Source: Planctomycetota bacterium (GTDB taxonomy: Bacteria > Planctomycetota > UBA1135 > UBA2386). Taken from it: a DNA stretch of 64,000 nucleotides. This document shows positions 55,855 to 64,000 of the stretch, piece after piece; the first letter of the stretch is position 1; every line of letters starts with the position of its first letter. The stretch covers positions 4,864,001 to 4,928,000 of the forward strand of contig OZ245838.1 in the NCBI GenBank assembly GCA_965228735.1, in the 5' to 3' direction. The notes below the pieces were generated by a model. That model was not told the origin of the DNA, did not search any database, and saw only the letters and a program-made list of their open reading frames with translations. A program made the position numbers and the translations under genes.

Positions 55855-57195
55855 ATGAACCGACCCGCAACCTCGGCGGCCCAGCTGTTGGCTGGCGTGA
55901 CCGCCCTCGCTCTCTCCTGCTCGACGCTGCAGGCGCAAGACCCGCAGAAGGGGCCCTTCCGGATCGACGAGTGGCTCGGCACTCCGGACTCCATCCGCTT
56001 CAGCGGCCAGGAGCGGATCCGCTACGAGGGTCTCGACGGCCAGTTCCGTGCCGGCGGAACGCGCAACACGGAGGACCAGGTCTTCTCGCGCCTGCTCCTG
56101 CGTGGCGACTACACGCGCGGCGACTGGGGCGTGACCGTCGAAGGTATCGATGCCCGCGCCTGGGGCACCAAGGCCAACTCGTTCGCCAACACGACGACGG
56201 TCAACACGTTCGACGTGCTGCAGGCCAACGTGCATTGGCAACTGGGTGAAGGCCACAGCGTCACGCTGGGTCGCTACACGATGGACATCGGCAGCCGCCG
56301 CCTGAGCGCCCGCAACCGCTACCGCAACACGATCAACTCGTTCAACGGCGTGCGCTGGGACTACAAGGGTGAAGGCGACTACGAAGCCGGCGCGTTCTGG
56401 AACACGCCGACGAACCGCCGCCCGGGCAACCGCGCGCTGCTCGTCGACAACGAGCACGACTTCGACAACCAGTCGATCGACTTCCAGTTCTACGGCGCCC
56501 ACGCGACGCAGAAGATCGACGAGCGCGCCACCGCCCAGGTCTATCTGCTCGGTCTCAACGACCACCGTGTCGGCAGCACCTCACGCGACCTCGGCACCGT
56601 TGGCTTCCGCTACCTGGTGCCAGCCGCTCCGGGCGAGATCTTCGGCGAGGCCGAAATCGCCTACCAGTTCGGCGGTCGCGGCACGACCGACGTGTCGGCC
56701 TACTTCGCGCACGGCTCGATCGGCAGGCAGTGGGACGTCGCGATGAAGCCCAAGCTGCGCTTCGCGCTCGATGTCGCGAGCGGCAACGACACCGGCGATC
56801 CGGACTGGAACCGCTTCGACACGCTGTTCGGGGCGCGCCGCTTCGAGTACGGCCCGACCGGCATCTACGGCGCCATTGGCCGGCGCAACATCGTTTCGCC
56901 CGAAGTTCGCGTATCCTTCAAGCCGGTGCAGGACCTGACCGTCATGGTCGCGGCTCGTACCCTGCGCCTCAACTCGGCAGCCGACGGCTGGCGTGAGGCC
57001 GGCGACACCACGGGCACCGGCGGCGACGTCGGCGACCAGGTCGAGTGCCGCGTGCGCTGGGACGTTGCGCCGAAGAGCGTGCGCCTCGAAGGCGGCGCCG
57101 TCTACTTCAGCGGCGACACCTTCCGCGAGACCTCGACGCTCGGCCGCCGAGCGGACACCAACTACTTCTACTTCCAGGCCATCTGGACCTTCTGA
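55855..57195 (+). CDS. Alginate export (AlgE-like) outer-membrane beta-barrel
   Basis: Signal peptide; RIRYE, LGR...RRL..RNRYRNTINSFNG, ASG, FDTLFGARR; terminal aromatic WTF. Confidence 0.88.
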   Translation: MNRPATSAAQLLAGVTALALSCSTLQAQDPQKGPFRIDEWLGTPDSIRFSGQERIRYEGLDGQFRAGGTRNTEDQVFSRLLLRGDYTRGDWGVTVEGIDARAWGTKANSFANTTTVNTFDVLQANVHWQLGEGHSVTLGRYTMDIGSRRLSARNRYRNTINSFNGVRWDYKGEGDYEAGAFWNTPTNRRPGNRALLVDNEHDFDNQSIDFQFYGAHATQKIDERATAQVYLLGLNDHRVGSTSRDLGTVGFRYLVPAAPGEIFGEAEIAYQFGGRGTTDVSAYFAHGSIGRQWDVAMKPKLRFALDVASGNDTGDPDWNRFDTLFGARRFEYGPTGIYGAIGRRNIVSPEVRVSFKPVQDLTVMVAARTLRLNSAADGWREAGDTTGTGGDVGDQVECRVRWDVAPKSVRLEGGAVYFSGDTFRETSTLGRRADTNYFYFQAIWTF

Positions 57196-57227
57196 GCAGG
57201 ATCGCTCGCTTCGCGAGCAACCTGCTC
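57194..57227. terminator. Stem-loop between the convergent porin and MgtC genes
   Basis: gagcagg-atc-gctcgc-ttc-gcgagc-aa-cctgctc; weak U-tract. Confidence 0.5.
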
Positions 57228-57309
57228 TTGACGACGCCTGGCGCCTTCGGCGCTCCGCTCAGGTGCCAGCACGGTTCATCGCAGCGGCCTCAGCTCGGGG
57301 GTCGTGGGC

Positions 57310-57768
57310 TCAGATCAACTTGCTTGGCCCCGACGCGTTCGCGCGCCGCGTCAGCCATCGGCTGATGGGCCGCAGCACGACCAGGACGACCAGCGCGGCG
57401 CAGCCAGCTGCCGCGGACAAGGCCCACTCACCGAGTCCGGCTGCCGTCCCCATGGCGGCGGCCACCCAGATCGAGCCAGCCGTCGTCAGACCACGAACGG
57501 TCGAGTCCTGGCCGGAGCGCATGATCGCTCCGGCGCCGATGAAGCCGACACCGGCCGCAACGCCCTGCACGACTCGCGAGACGTCCGTCGGGTCTTCGTT
57601 CCCGGTTGCCGCCAGACCGGCGAGCGTAAAAACGGCAGCCCCCAACGAAACGAGCACGTGAGTGCGCAGACCTGCCGCCTGCCCAGCCAGCTGTCGTTCC
57701 ACGCCGATTACGGCGCCAAGAACGAGGGCCATCGCCAAGCGCATGAGATCGATCAAGAACGTCTCCAT
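57310..57768 (-). CDS. mgtC: MgtC/SapB family protein
   Basis: IGVER, AGLRTH, GVGFIGAG, GLTTA..IW. Confidence 0.92.
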   Translation of the reverse strand: METFLIDLMRLAMALVLGAVIGVERQLAGQAAGLRTHVLVSLGAAVFTLAGLAATGNEDPTDVSRVVQGVAAGVGFIGAGAIMRSGQDSTVRGLTTAGSIWVAAAMGTAAGLGEWALSAAAGCAALVVLVVLRPISRWLTRRANASGPSKLI

Positions 57769-57877
57769 GCAGCTCGCGAGCCTATCGTGGGGTCAACCCC
57801 CCGGCCATGCTCCGCCGGTCAACACCGGGATGCGACGACCAGCAGTGTGGGCGCCACTGCTACACTCGGACCCAGCG

Positions 57878-58447
57878 ATGGCCGATCACTCGGACGTTCG
57901 GATCGCGCAGCTGCTCGCCCGAGTGCGTGAAGGCGACGACGCGGCGCACCAGGAGCTCATGCCGCTGCTCTACGCGGACCTGCACGATCGCGCGGTCGCG
58001 ATCATGCGCAGCGAGCGGCGGGAGGTCACCTTGCAGCCAACGGCGCTCGTGCACGAGGCCTGGATGCGGCTGCAGCGCAGCCCCGGCAGCAACTGGGAGG
58101 ATCGGCGGGAGTTCATGCGGCTGGCCGGGCGCGTCATGCGAAACGTGCTCGTGGACCGCGCGAGGCGGCGACGCTCGACCGCCGAGGAGGTCGATGTCGA
58201 GGCTCTCGCGATTCCGATCGGGCCCGACGCTTCGGATCGCATCGACATGCTCGATCTGCAAGCGGCGCTCGAACGGCTCGCGGCCCGCGACGAGGAGCTC
58301 GAGGAGATCGTGAACATGCGATTCTTCGCGGGGCTCACCGTGCAGGAGACTGCGGCTGCGCTCGGCAAGTCGGCGTCGAGCGTGCATCGGGCGTGGGAGT
58401 TCGCGCGGACGTTCTTGTTGCGGGAGCTGCGACGTTCGGAGGAGTAG
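57878..58447 (+). CDS. ECF sigma factor, Ser/Thr-kinase-associated type
   Basis: LMPLLY.DL, TLQPTALVHEAWMRL, MRNVLVD.AR, MRFFAGLT...W..AR. Confidence 0.92.
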   Translation: MADHSDVRIAQLLARVREGDDAAHQELMPLLYADLHDRAVAIMRSERREVTLQPTALVHEAWMRLQRSPGSNWEDRREFMRLAGRVMRNVLVDRARRRRSTAEEVDVEALAIPIGPDASDRIDMLDLQAALERLAARDEELEEIVNMRFFAGLTVQETAAALGKSASSVHRAWEFARTFLLRELRRSEE

Positions 58448-58545
58448 TGCAGAAAGGCCGGAAAACGCGGAGCGGGCCTGCGCCTGCACATTATCGGGCA
58501 ATCCGCCGATCGGGCGCAGCTTGCTCGCGCGTCGCGATGTGAACG

Positions 58546-60954
58546 ATGGCAGAACCGTCTCCCAAAGCTGATTGGACCGCGGTTCGGACGTTGTTCGAGG
58601 AATGCCTCGAGCTCGACGCCGAGGCTCGCGTTCGCCTGCTGGCCGCGGCCGACGCCGCGGTTGCTACCGAGGTCGAAGCGCTGCTGCAGGAGCGGGTCGG
58701 GGCGGCCGGGCGAATGGACCCGGACGCATGCCACCGCGCACTGCTCGACGCAACGACGCAGGTCGTCGGGCGCGGCAGCCAGATCGGGCGTTATCGAATC
58801 GTCAGCGTGCTCGGGCACGGCGGTATGGGGACGGTCTACCTCGCCGAGCAGGACGAGCCGCGGCGTCGGGTGGCGCTCAAGCTGTTGGCGGCGACGGTCG
58901 CGGGTCAGGAGTCGGCTCAGCGATTCCGGCTCGAAGCGGAGCTGCTCGGGCGCCTCCGGCACCACGGCATCGCGCAGATCTACGAGGCGTCGGTGCACGA
59001 GGAGGTCACGTCGGTCGGGGTGATGCGGTGGCCGTTCTTCGCGATGGAGTACGTCGAAGGGGCGACGACGCTGGCATCCTGGGCGGCGGACCGCGAGCTC
59101 TCGACGCGCGCGAAGATCGAGGTCTTCTTGCAGGTCTGTGCTGCCGTGCAGCACGCCCACGAGCGGGGCATCGTGCATCGCGATCTGAAGCCGCAGAACG
59201 TGCTCCTCGACGCCGACGGCGCGGTCAAGGTCATCGACTTCGGGATTGCGCGCGCGTTCGGGGGTGAAGAGCACCTCGGGTCGTTGACCCAGACGGGCGA
59301 GCTCATCGGCACGCTCCACTACATGGCGCCTGAACAGGTCAGCGGCAACAACGCCGCGATCAACACCCGCACCGACGTGCACGCGCTCGGCGTCGTGCTC
59401 TACGAGCTCCTCGCGAATCGACTGCCGCTCGATCTGCGCGGGAAGACACTGCCGGAGGTCGGCCGGTGGATCGGCGAGGTCGAGCCGACGCCGCTGCGGC
59501 GCGCGATGCCCGCAGCCGACGCGGATCTCGAGTTGATCCTGGCCACGGCCATGGCGAAGGATCCGGGGCGTCGCTACGCGTCGGCTGGCTCGTTGGCGGA
59601 GGAACTGCAGCGCTACCTCGATCGCGAGCCGATCCGAGCGCGGCCGCCGAGTCTGCGCTACCAGCTGTGGATGTTTGCGCGGCGACGCCGTGGGCTCGTC
59701 GCGGCGGTCCTCGCGCTCCTCGTCGTTTCGACGGTCGGCGGGGTCACGAGTCTGTTCTACGCGTTTCGGGCGCACGAAGCCGAGCAGAAGGCCATCACCG
59801 AAGGCGATCAGAAGGTCGACGCCATGCGGCTCGTGTTCGACAAGGCGATCGAGCGCGTGCTCGACCTGCCGCGGCGCCTGCAGGGAGCCCCTGGCGCGAC
59901 GACACTGCAGCTCCAGGTCATCGGGGAGGCGGTCGAACAGCTCGAGTTCGTCGAGCAGAACGCGCCGTTGGATGACGGCATGCGGCTGTCGCTGGCGCGG
60001 GCCTACCTGGATCTCGGGGGTGTACAGGGTGCCAACTTCGGCGGCAACGACGGTGACCGCGAGGCGGCGGTGCGGAGCTTCGAGCGGGCGCGTTCGTACC
60101 TGGATCACGTGCTTGCGGATCAGTCGGATCACGTGGAGGCGTTGTTCTTGCTGTTCGACGTCGAGTCGGAGCTCGGCACGCTCGCGTTCAACGCCAATCG
60201 CCGGGATCCAGGCGCACAGGAGCGTTTTCGCGCCGCGGTGTCGGCGCTCGAGCGGCTGCGTCGGTGTGCGTCGGCTGCGGATCCGCGGCTCGCGAAGGCC
60301 GAGGCGTCGGTCCTGATTCAGCGCGGCCACAACGCGCTGAGCTCGATGGATGCGGCCACCGCGGTGAAGTTGTTCGCGGCAGCTCGGGAGTCGCAGGTTG
60401 CTGCGCTCGGCGACGCAGAACCCGATGAACCCATGCGGATCGGTTTGGCCGAGCTCTTCCGCGACACCGCGGTCGCGGAGATGTCGCGCGGCCGCCATGA
60501 AGAGTCGGCCGCGGCGTTCGAGCAGGCGATCGCGTTGCTGGCGTTCCTCGAGGATCGACCTCACGACTGGACGGAGCGGCGACTGCTCGCGACGATTCGT
60601 CAGCGCTACGGCTACCTGCTTGCGAGCAGCGGACGAGGCGAAGCGGGCGAGCGGCACATGCGCTGGGCTCTCGAAGAACTCGAGCGCCTCGCTCAGCTCG
60701 ACCCGGACAATGCACGCAGCGCGAACACGCTCGGTTCCGCGTGCCAGTACCTGGCCGACCACCTGGCGATCCAGGCCAAGTACGAACCGGACGCGACCCG
60801 TCGGATCGAGCTCTTCACCGAGGCTCGGAATCTCGCCTCTCGCGGCCTGCAGCTGGGGCGCGCCGGGCAGGAGCGCGCGCGCGACATGGTGAACACGCTC
60901 GTCGTCGCCGAGTGCGAACGCATTCTTGCCGTCTGCGACGACGCGCTGCGCTAG
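58546..60954 (+). CDS. Membrane Ser/Thr protein kinase with C-terminal TPR-like domain
   Basis: GHGGMG, VALK, HRDLKPQN, DFG, YMAPE, DV; TM helix; helical repeats. Confidence 0.95.
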   Translation: MAEPSPKADWTAVRTLFEECLELDAEARVRLLAAADAAVATEVEALLQERVGAAGRMDPDACHRALLDATTQVVGRGSQIGRYRIVSVLGHGGMGTVYLAEQDEPRRRVALKLLAATVAGQESAQRFRLEAELLGRLRHHGIAQIYEASVHEEVTSVGVMRWPFFAMEYVEGATTLASWAADRELSTRAKIEVFLQVCAAVQHAHERGIVHRDLKPQNVLLDADGAVKVIDFGIARAFGGEEHLGSLTQTGELIGTLHYMAPEQVSGNNAAINTRTDVHALGVVLYELLANRLPLDLRGKTLPEVGRWIGEVEPTPLRRAMPAADADLELILATAMAKDPGRRYASAGSLAEELQRYLDREPIRARPPSLRYQLWMFARRRRGLVAAVLALLVVSTVGGVTSLFYAFRAHEAEQKAITEGDQKVDAMRLVFDKAIERVLDLPRRLQGAPGATTLQLQVIGEAVEQLEFVEQNAPLDDGMRLSLARAYLDLGGVQGANFGGNDGDREAAVRSFERARSYLDHVLADQSDHVEALFLLFDVESELGTLAFNANRRDPGAQERFRAAVSALERLRRCASAADPRLAKAEASVLIQRGHNALSSMDAATAVKLFAAARESQVAALGDAEPDEPMRIGLAELFRDTAVAEMSRGRHEESAAAFEQAIALLAFLEDRPHDWTERRLLATIRQRYGYLLASSGRGEAGERHMRWALEELERLAQLDPDNARSANTLGSACQYLADHLAIQAKYEPDATRRIELFTEARNLASRGLQLGRAGQERARDMVNTLVVAECERILAVCDDALR

Positions 60955-61180
60955 TGCAGCTGGCAGGGTGCGGTGGAAAGCGCTCTGTCCTGGGCGATTC
61001 CGAGCCGGCTCTACCGCGGACCGGAAGACTCGGACCCGGGCCTTCGCGACCGCCGGGAATCGGACGAATGCGAGCTTCCGACTTTCCACGGAATTCTCGG
61101 TGGCCGCACTACGCCAGGGGGGCAGTTCTCGGACCGATGCCCGAGCTCTTTCTTTCCCTTCCTCGAAACGAGTGTTCGCG

Positions 61181-63616
61181 ATGCGCTATCTGCTCTCCCT
61201 GACCGGCATGGTGGCCGGTCTCTCCGCCGCGGTTTCCGCCCAAGCTCCCGACGCGACGACGCCCGGCGCCCTGAGGCCGAGCTCCGTCGCGGAGATCGCG
61301 GACCATGACACCGACAGCACGGCGTCGCTCGTTGCCGTTCGGGACCTGCGGCCCGGCCTCGTGCCGCTGCACACGGCGCCCGACGATGCCGATGGCGGCG
61401 CGTATGGACTGTGGGCGGCGGGCAGGCAGTACAAGGTCTCGTTCCACGATGACCCGACCTTCATCCCGTATCTCGGTTCGAGCTATCCGAACAACCAGCC
61501 GCTGCGATGGACGACGGTGTCGATCCACGTTGGCGCGAACGTACTCATGCGGGCCGGTGATCGGCCCGAGCGGTTCCACACCGAGACGCGCTTCGAGTAC
61601 CGCTACGCGGGTGTGGTCGAGGCCTATGACGTTCTCGAGCACGGTTTGGAGCAGACGTTCGTGCTCGCGAAGCGCCCGGCCGTGGTCGGCGACCTCGTGG
61701 TCGAGGGGCGTTTCACGACGCAGCTGCGTGCCCTGGAGGAGTTCAGCAACCAGCACCGCGGCGTTGCGTTCGCGGACGACCAGGGCCGTGAGCTGATCCG
61801 CTACGGTGCCGCGACGGTGCTCGATGCGGCGGGGCGCCGACTGCCGATCGGCACGACGATCCAGGATCATCGCATCACGCTCACGGTGCCGGCTGCGTTC
61901 TTGGAGACCGCGACCTATCCGGTCACGCTCGATCCGTTGACGACGCCGGTGACGCTCGAGACGGGAGCGGAGATCCTGACCGTCGACGTCTGCCGCAACG
62001 ACCGCCAGAACAACGCGTGTGTGACGTTCTCGCGCGCTGCGTCCGCGACGGATGCCGACTGCTACGCGTGGAACGCACCGGATGACCTGTCCGCGCTCGG
62101 AACGCTCGTCTTCACGGACATCACGAGCTCGTGGTCTACGGACGAGACGACAACGGCCCACATCGGCACTGCCGCCGTCAACCGCTTCGTCGTCTGCATC
62201 GGTCGCAAGTTCAGCACGTCGTCCGGAGTGCGCGTCTGGAATCAGGACGCCATCGCACCGACCCTCTCGACTTCTGTGCAGGGCATCGCCACTGGCGGCA
62301 ACCACAACTGGAACGTCGATTGCGGCGGTATCGAGGCCTACAACCAGAGCGGCGCAGCTGCGAGCGGCGTCGAGGGCATCGTCGTATACCAGGTCGACGC
62401 CGGCGGCGCCGCCCTGGTCAACACGGACACCAGCAGCGTTCGCGCAGTGATTCTGACGGGCTCGGCGACGGGCGTAGCCCTGGGTCAGCCGATCGACGTC
62501 GGAAGCTCTGCTTCGAGCGACTACGACAAACCGTCCGTGACCAAGGTTTCGGCTGGTGCGGACGGCACGACCCCGGCCGACTGGGTCATCGGCTACCAGC
62601 AGTACAACCTCAACATCAACGGCGACGACTGGGATGCCGTCTGTCGCCGGGTCTTCGCCGATGGCACGTTCGACAGCCGGACGTGGATCCCGTCGATCAA
62701 CTCGGGCGCTCATCGCCTCGACGTGCAGGTCGAGGGTCAGCGCGGCCGCTACACGGTGCTCTACGGTCGGGTCGACGAGCAGGGGACTCTGACGAAGGTC
62801 ACCGGCTACCGCTCGAACCAGATCATGCGCGAGCGCTTCGATTATCCCGTCGGTGGATTCATCACGAAGCAGACGGCCAACGAAGCCTCGCTGAATCAGT
62901 CCAGCCGCACGTTGCGCTCCTACGATCTCGCGTACGATACGGACAACGATTCGGTCTGGTGCACGATGTGGGGTGCGCCGGGCGGCTCCGGGCGGATCTT
63001 CGTCGAGCGTTGCGGCTACTCCGGTGCCTCGCTCGGAGCCGAGCGAATCTTTCCCGTTTCGGGCACGGCCCTGCCGCGGTCCGGAATCGCGTTCAACGAC
63101 GACCAGAACGAGTTTCTCATGGCCTTCGGTCAGCAGAACGGCGATCTCGAGTCGGCGCGGATGGAGTATCCGGCGGAAGTGCCGCCCTCGTACAGCCCAC
63201 CGAGTTGCAGCACGGCACAGCTCAGTTGGGTGCTGCGCGACGCCAACGGCACCACGATCAGCAACTCGAACCAGAACCAGCAGATCGGCAGCGAGTTCGG
63301 GCATGTCCGCGTCACCGGTGGCCACGCGAACGCGCTGCACTTCGTCGTCGTGACGATCGGTCCGGGCGGAACGACCACGCTGCCGCAGGGCCCGCCGTTC
63401 TACCCGGCGAACGCCGGCTGCACGCAGTATGTCCCCGCCAGCGGTCCTTCCTACCTCGGCGTGCTGCCGATCGGCATCGGACCGACCGCCGAATGGAAGC
63501 TGTCGCTGCCCGAGTGGCTGGGCAACTTCGAGTTGCACTTCCAGGACGTCCACACGGACGTGAGCGGCACGCTGCTGAACTCGACCACGCGCTTGACCGT
63601 GCCCTTCGTCAAGTAG
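61181..63616 (+). CDS. Large secreted beta-rich protein
   Basis: Signal peptide MRYLLSLTGMVAGLSAAVSAQ; GLEQTFVL, YPVTLDP; propeller-like middle; compact C-terminal domain. Confidence 0.8.
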   Translation: MRYLLSLTGMVAGLSAAVSAQAPDATTPGALRPSSVAEIADHDTDSTASLVAVRDLRPGLVPLHTAPDDADGGAYGLWAAGRQYKVSFHDDPTFIPYLGSSYPNNQPLRWTTVSIHVGANVLMRAGDRPERFHTETRFEYRYAGVVEAYDVLEHGLEQTFVLAKRPAVVGDLVVEGRFTTQLRALEEFSNQHRGVAFADDQGRELIRYGAATVLDAAGRRLPIGTTIQDHRITLTVPAAFLETATYPVTLDPLTTPVTLETGAEILTVDVCRNDRQNNACVTFSRAASATDADCYAWNAPDDLSALGTLVFTDITSSWSTDETTTAHIGTAAVNRFVVCIGRKFSTSSGVRVWNQDAIAPTLSTSVQGIATGGNHNWNVDCGGIEAYNQSGAAASGVEGIVVYQVDAGGAALVNTDTSSVRAVILTGSATGVALGQPIDVGSSASSDYDKPSVTKVSAGADGTTPADWVIGYQQYNLNINGDDWDAVCRRVFADGTFDSRTWIPSINSGAHRLDVQVEGQRGRYTVLYGRVDEQGTLTKVTGYRSNQIMRERFDYPVGGFITKQTANEASLNQSSRTLRSYDLAYDTDNDSVWCTMWGAPGGSGRIFVERCGYSGASLGAERIFPVSGTALPRSGIAFNDDQNEFLMAFGQQNGDLESARMEYPAEVPPSYSPPSCSTAQLSWVLRDANGTTISNSNQNQQIGSEFGHVRVTGGHANALHFVVVTIGPGGTTTLPQGPPFYPANAGCTQYVPASGPSYLGVLPIGIGPTAEWKLSLPEWLGNFELHFQDVHTDVSGTLLNSTTRLTVPFVK

Positions 63617-63784
63617 GGGCAGGATGGAGGCTCACGCAGCCGGCGCCGATGGACGCGGTTGCGTGAACCTGTTCCCGAGAGGAGCAGCGCGAGGTCCGAA
63701 ACGAACCGATGAACACGGCGGTGGCCAGGCGCCTAGGCTGCGATCGCGGCGCGAGTCAACGCATGGGCCGAGGCCGCAGGGAGG

Positions 63785-64000
63785 GTGTTCGAGCACGACG
63801 CGTTCGACGAGTTTGCCGCGAAGGGCCTGGCGTGGGGGCGCGAGGAATCCCGGACGGCGGAGAAGCGACTCGGGGATGTCGCTCGGCTCGCCTCGCAGAT
63901 GCGCGCGCACCGGTTCTCGGCGGTCATCGCGAAGGACCGCGAGATCGAAGCGGACGCCCGCGCGATCGGCGACCCGATCGTCACGATGAACGCGTTGGCG
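63785..64000 (+). CDS. Possible ORF or gene fragment open at the window edge
   Basis: Frame open from 63737 (VFEHDAFDEFAAKG...IGDPIVTMNALA); no family recognised. Confidence 0.3.
   Translation, partial: MFEHDAFDEFAAKGLAWGREESRTAEKRLGDVARLASQMRAHRFSAVIAKDREIEADARAIGDPIVTMNALA

Noticed and set aside
55855..57195. Alginate biosynthesis locus
   Set aside because: No synthase, polymerase or other alg genes are adjacent; this barrel family also occurs outside alginate operons.
57215..57280. attC-like hairpin (AAC...GTT)
   Set aside because: It lacks proper RYYYAAC/GTTRRRY boxes, and there is no integron integrase or cassette array.
57970..63553. Very long antisense ORFs (1039 aa, 814 aa), and similar ones such as 1520-2938, 9817-11424 and 44812-46530
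   Set aside because: They are shadow frames of well-supported genes in GC-rich DNA, with no motifs.
63632..63667. Stem-loop after the secreted protein gene
   Set aside because: It is imperfect and has no U-tract, so it is not enough to call a terminator.

Overview
This is a very GC-rich (roughly 70% by eye), gene-dense bacterial chromosome segment with about 60 CDS. I saw no rRNA, tRNA or CRISPR array. Three differently regulated ECF sigma factors (one with a fused extracytoplasmic tail, one with an LRR anti-sigma, one with a Ser/Thr kinase), a sulfatase and many secreted proteins suggest Planctomycetota; this is inference. From left to right: sulfatase, M20 amidohydrolase, a NarL/DesK-type two-component pair, a six-gene sugar redox/epimerase cluster, and a co-directional block of Tle1(DUF2235)-lectin fusion, DUF455 ferritin-like protein, ATP-grasp protein and CPBP protease. 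Next come a split atuA with pta, an RlmN-like radical SAM gene, biotin carboxylase/BCCP/YfiT, an ECF sigma fused to an extracytoplasmic domain with a CxxCH motif, SGNH and GT4 genes, a queuosine precursor transporter and argS. Then follow a cytochrome c/Cu-monooxygenase/TPR lipoprotein, ABC-F, a BNR+SGNH fusion, a proline racemase family gene and an MpaA-like peptidase with oppBC. After a short tyrosine-integrase relic come an AlgE-like porin, MgtC and an ECF/kinase/secreted-protein module. The best candidates for undescribed biology are: (1) the coupled diiron + ATP-grasp (+CPBP) module, (2) the heme-motif one-component ECF sigma factor, (3) the phospholipase-LecA fusion, and (4) a REP-like palindrome seen both as a 38-bp perfect inverted repeat and as an in-frame copy inside a CDS. 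All product calls come from motif recognition by eye; no database search was run.
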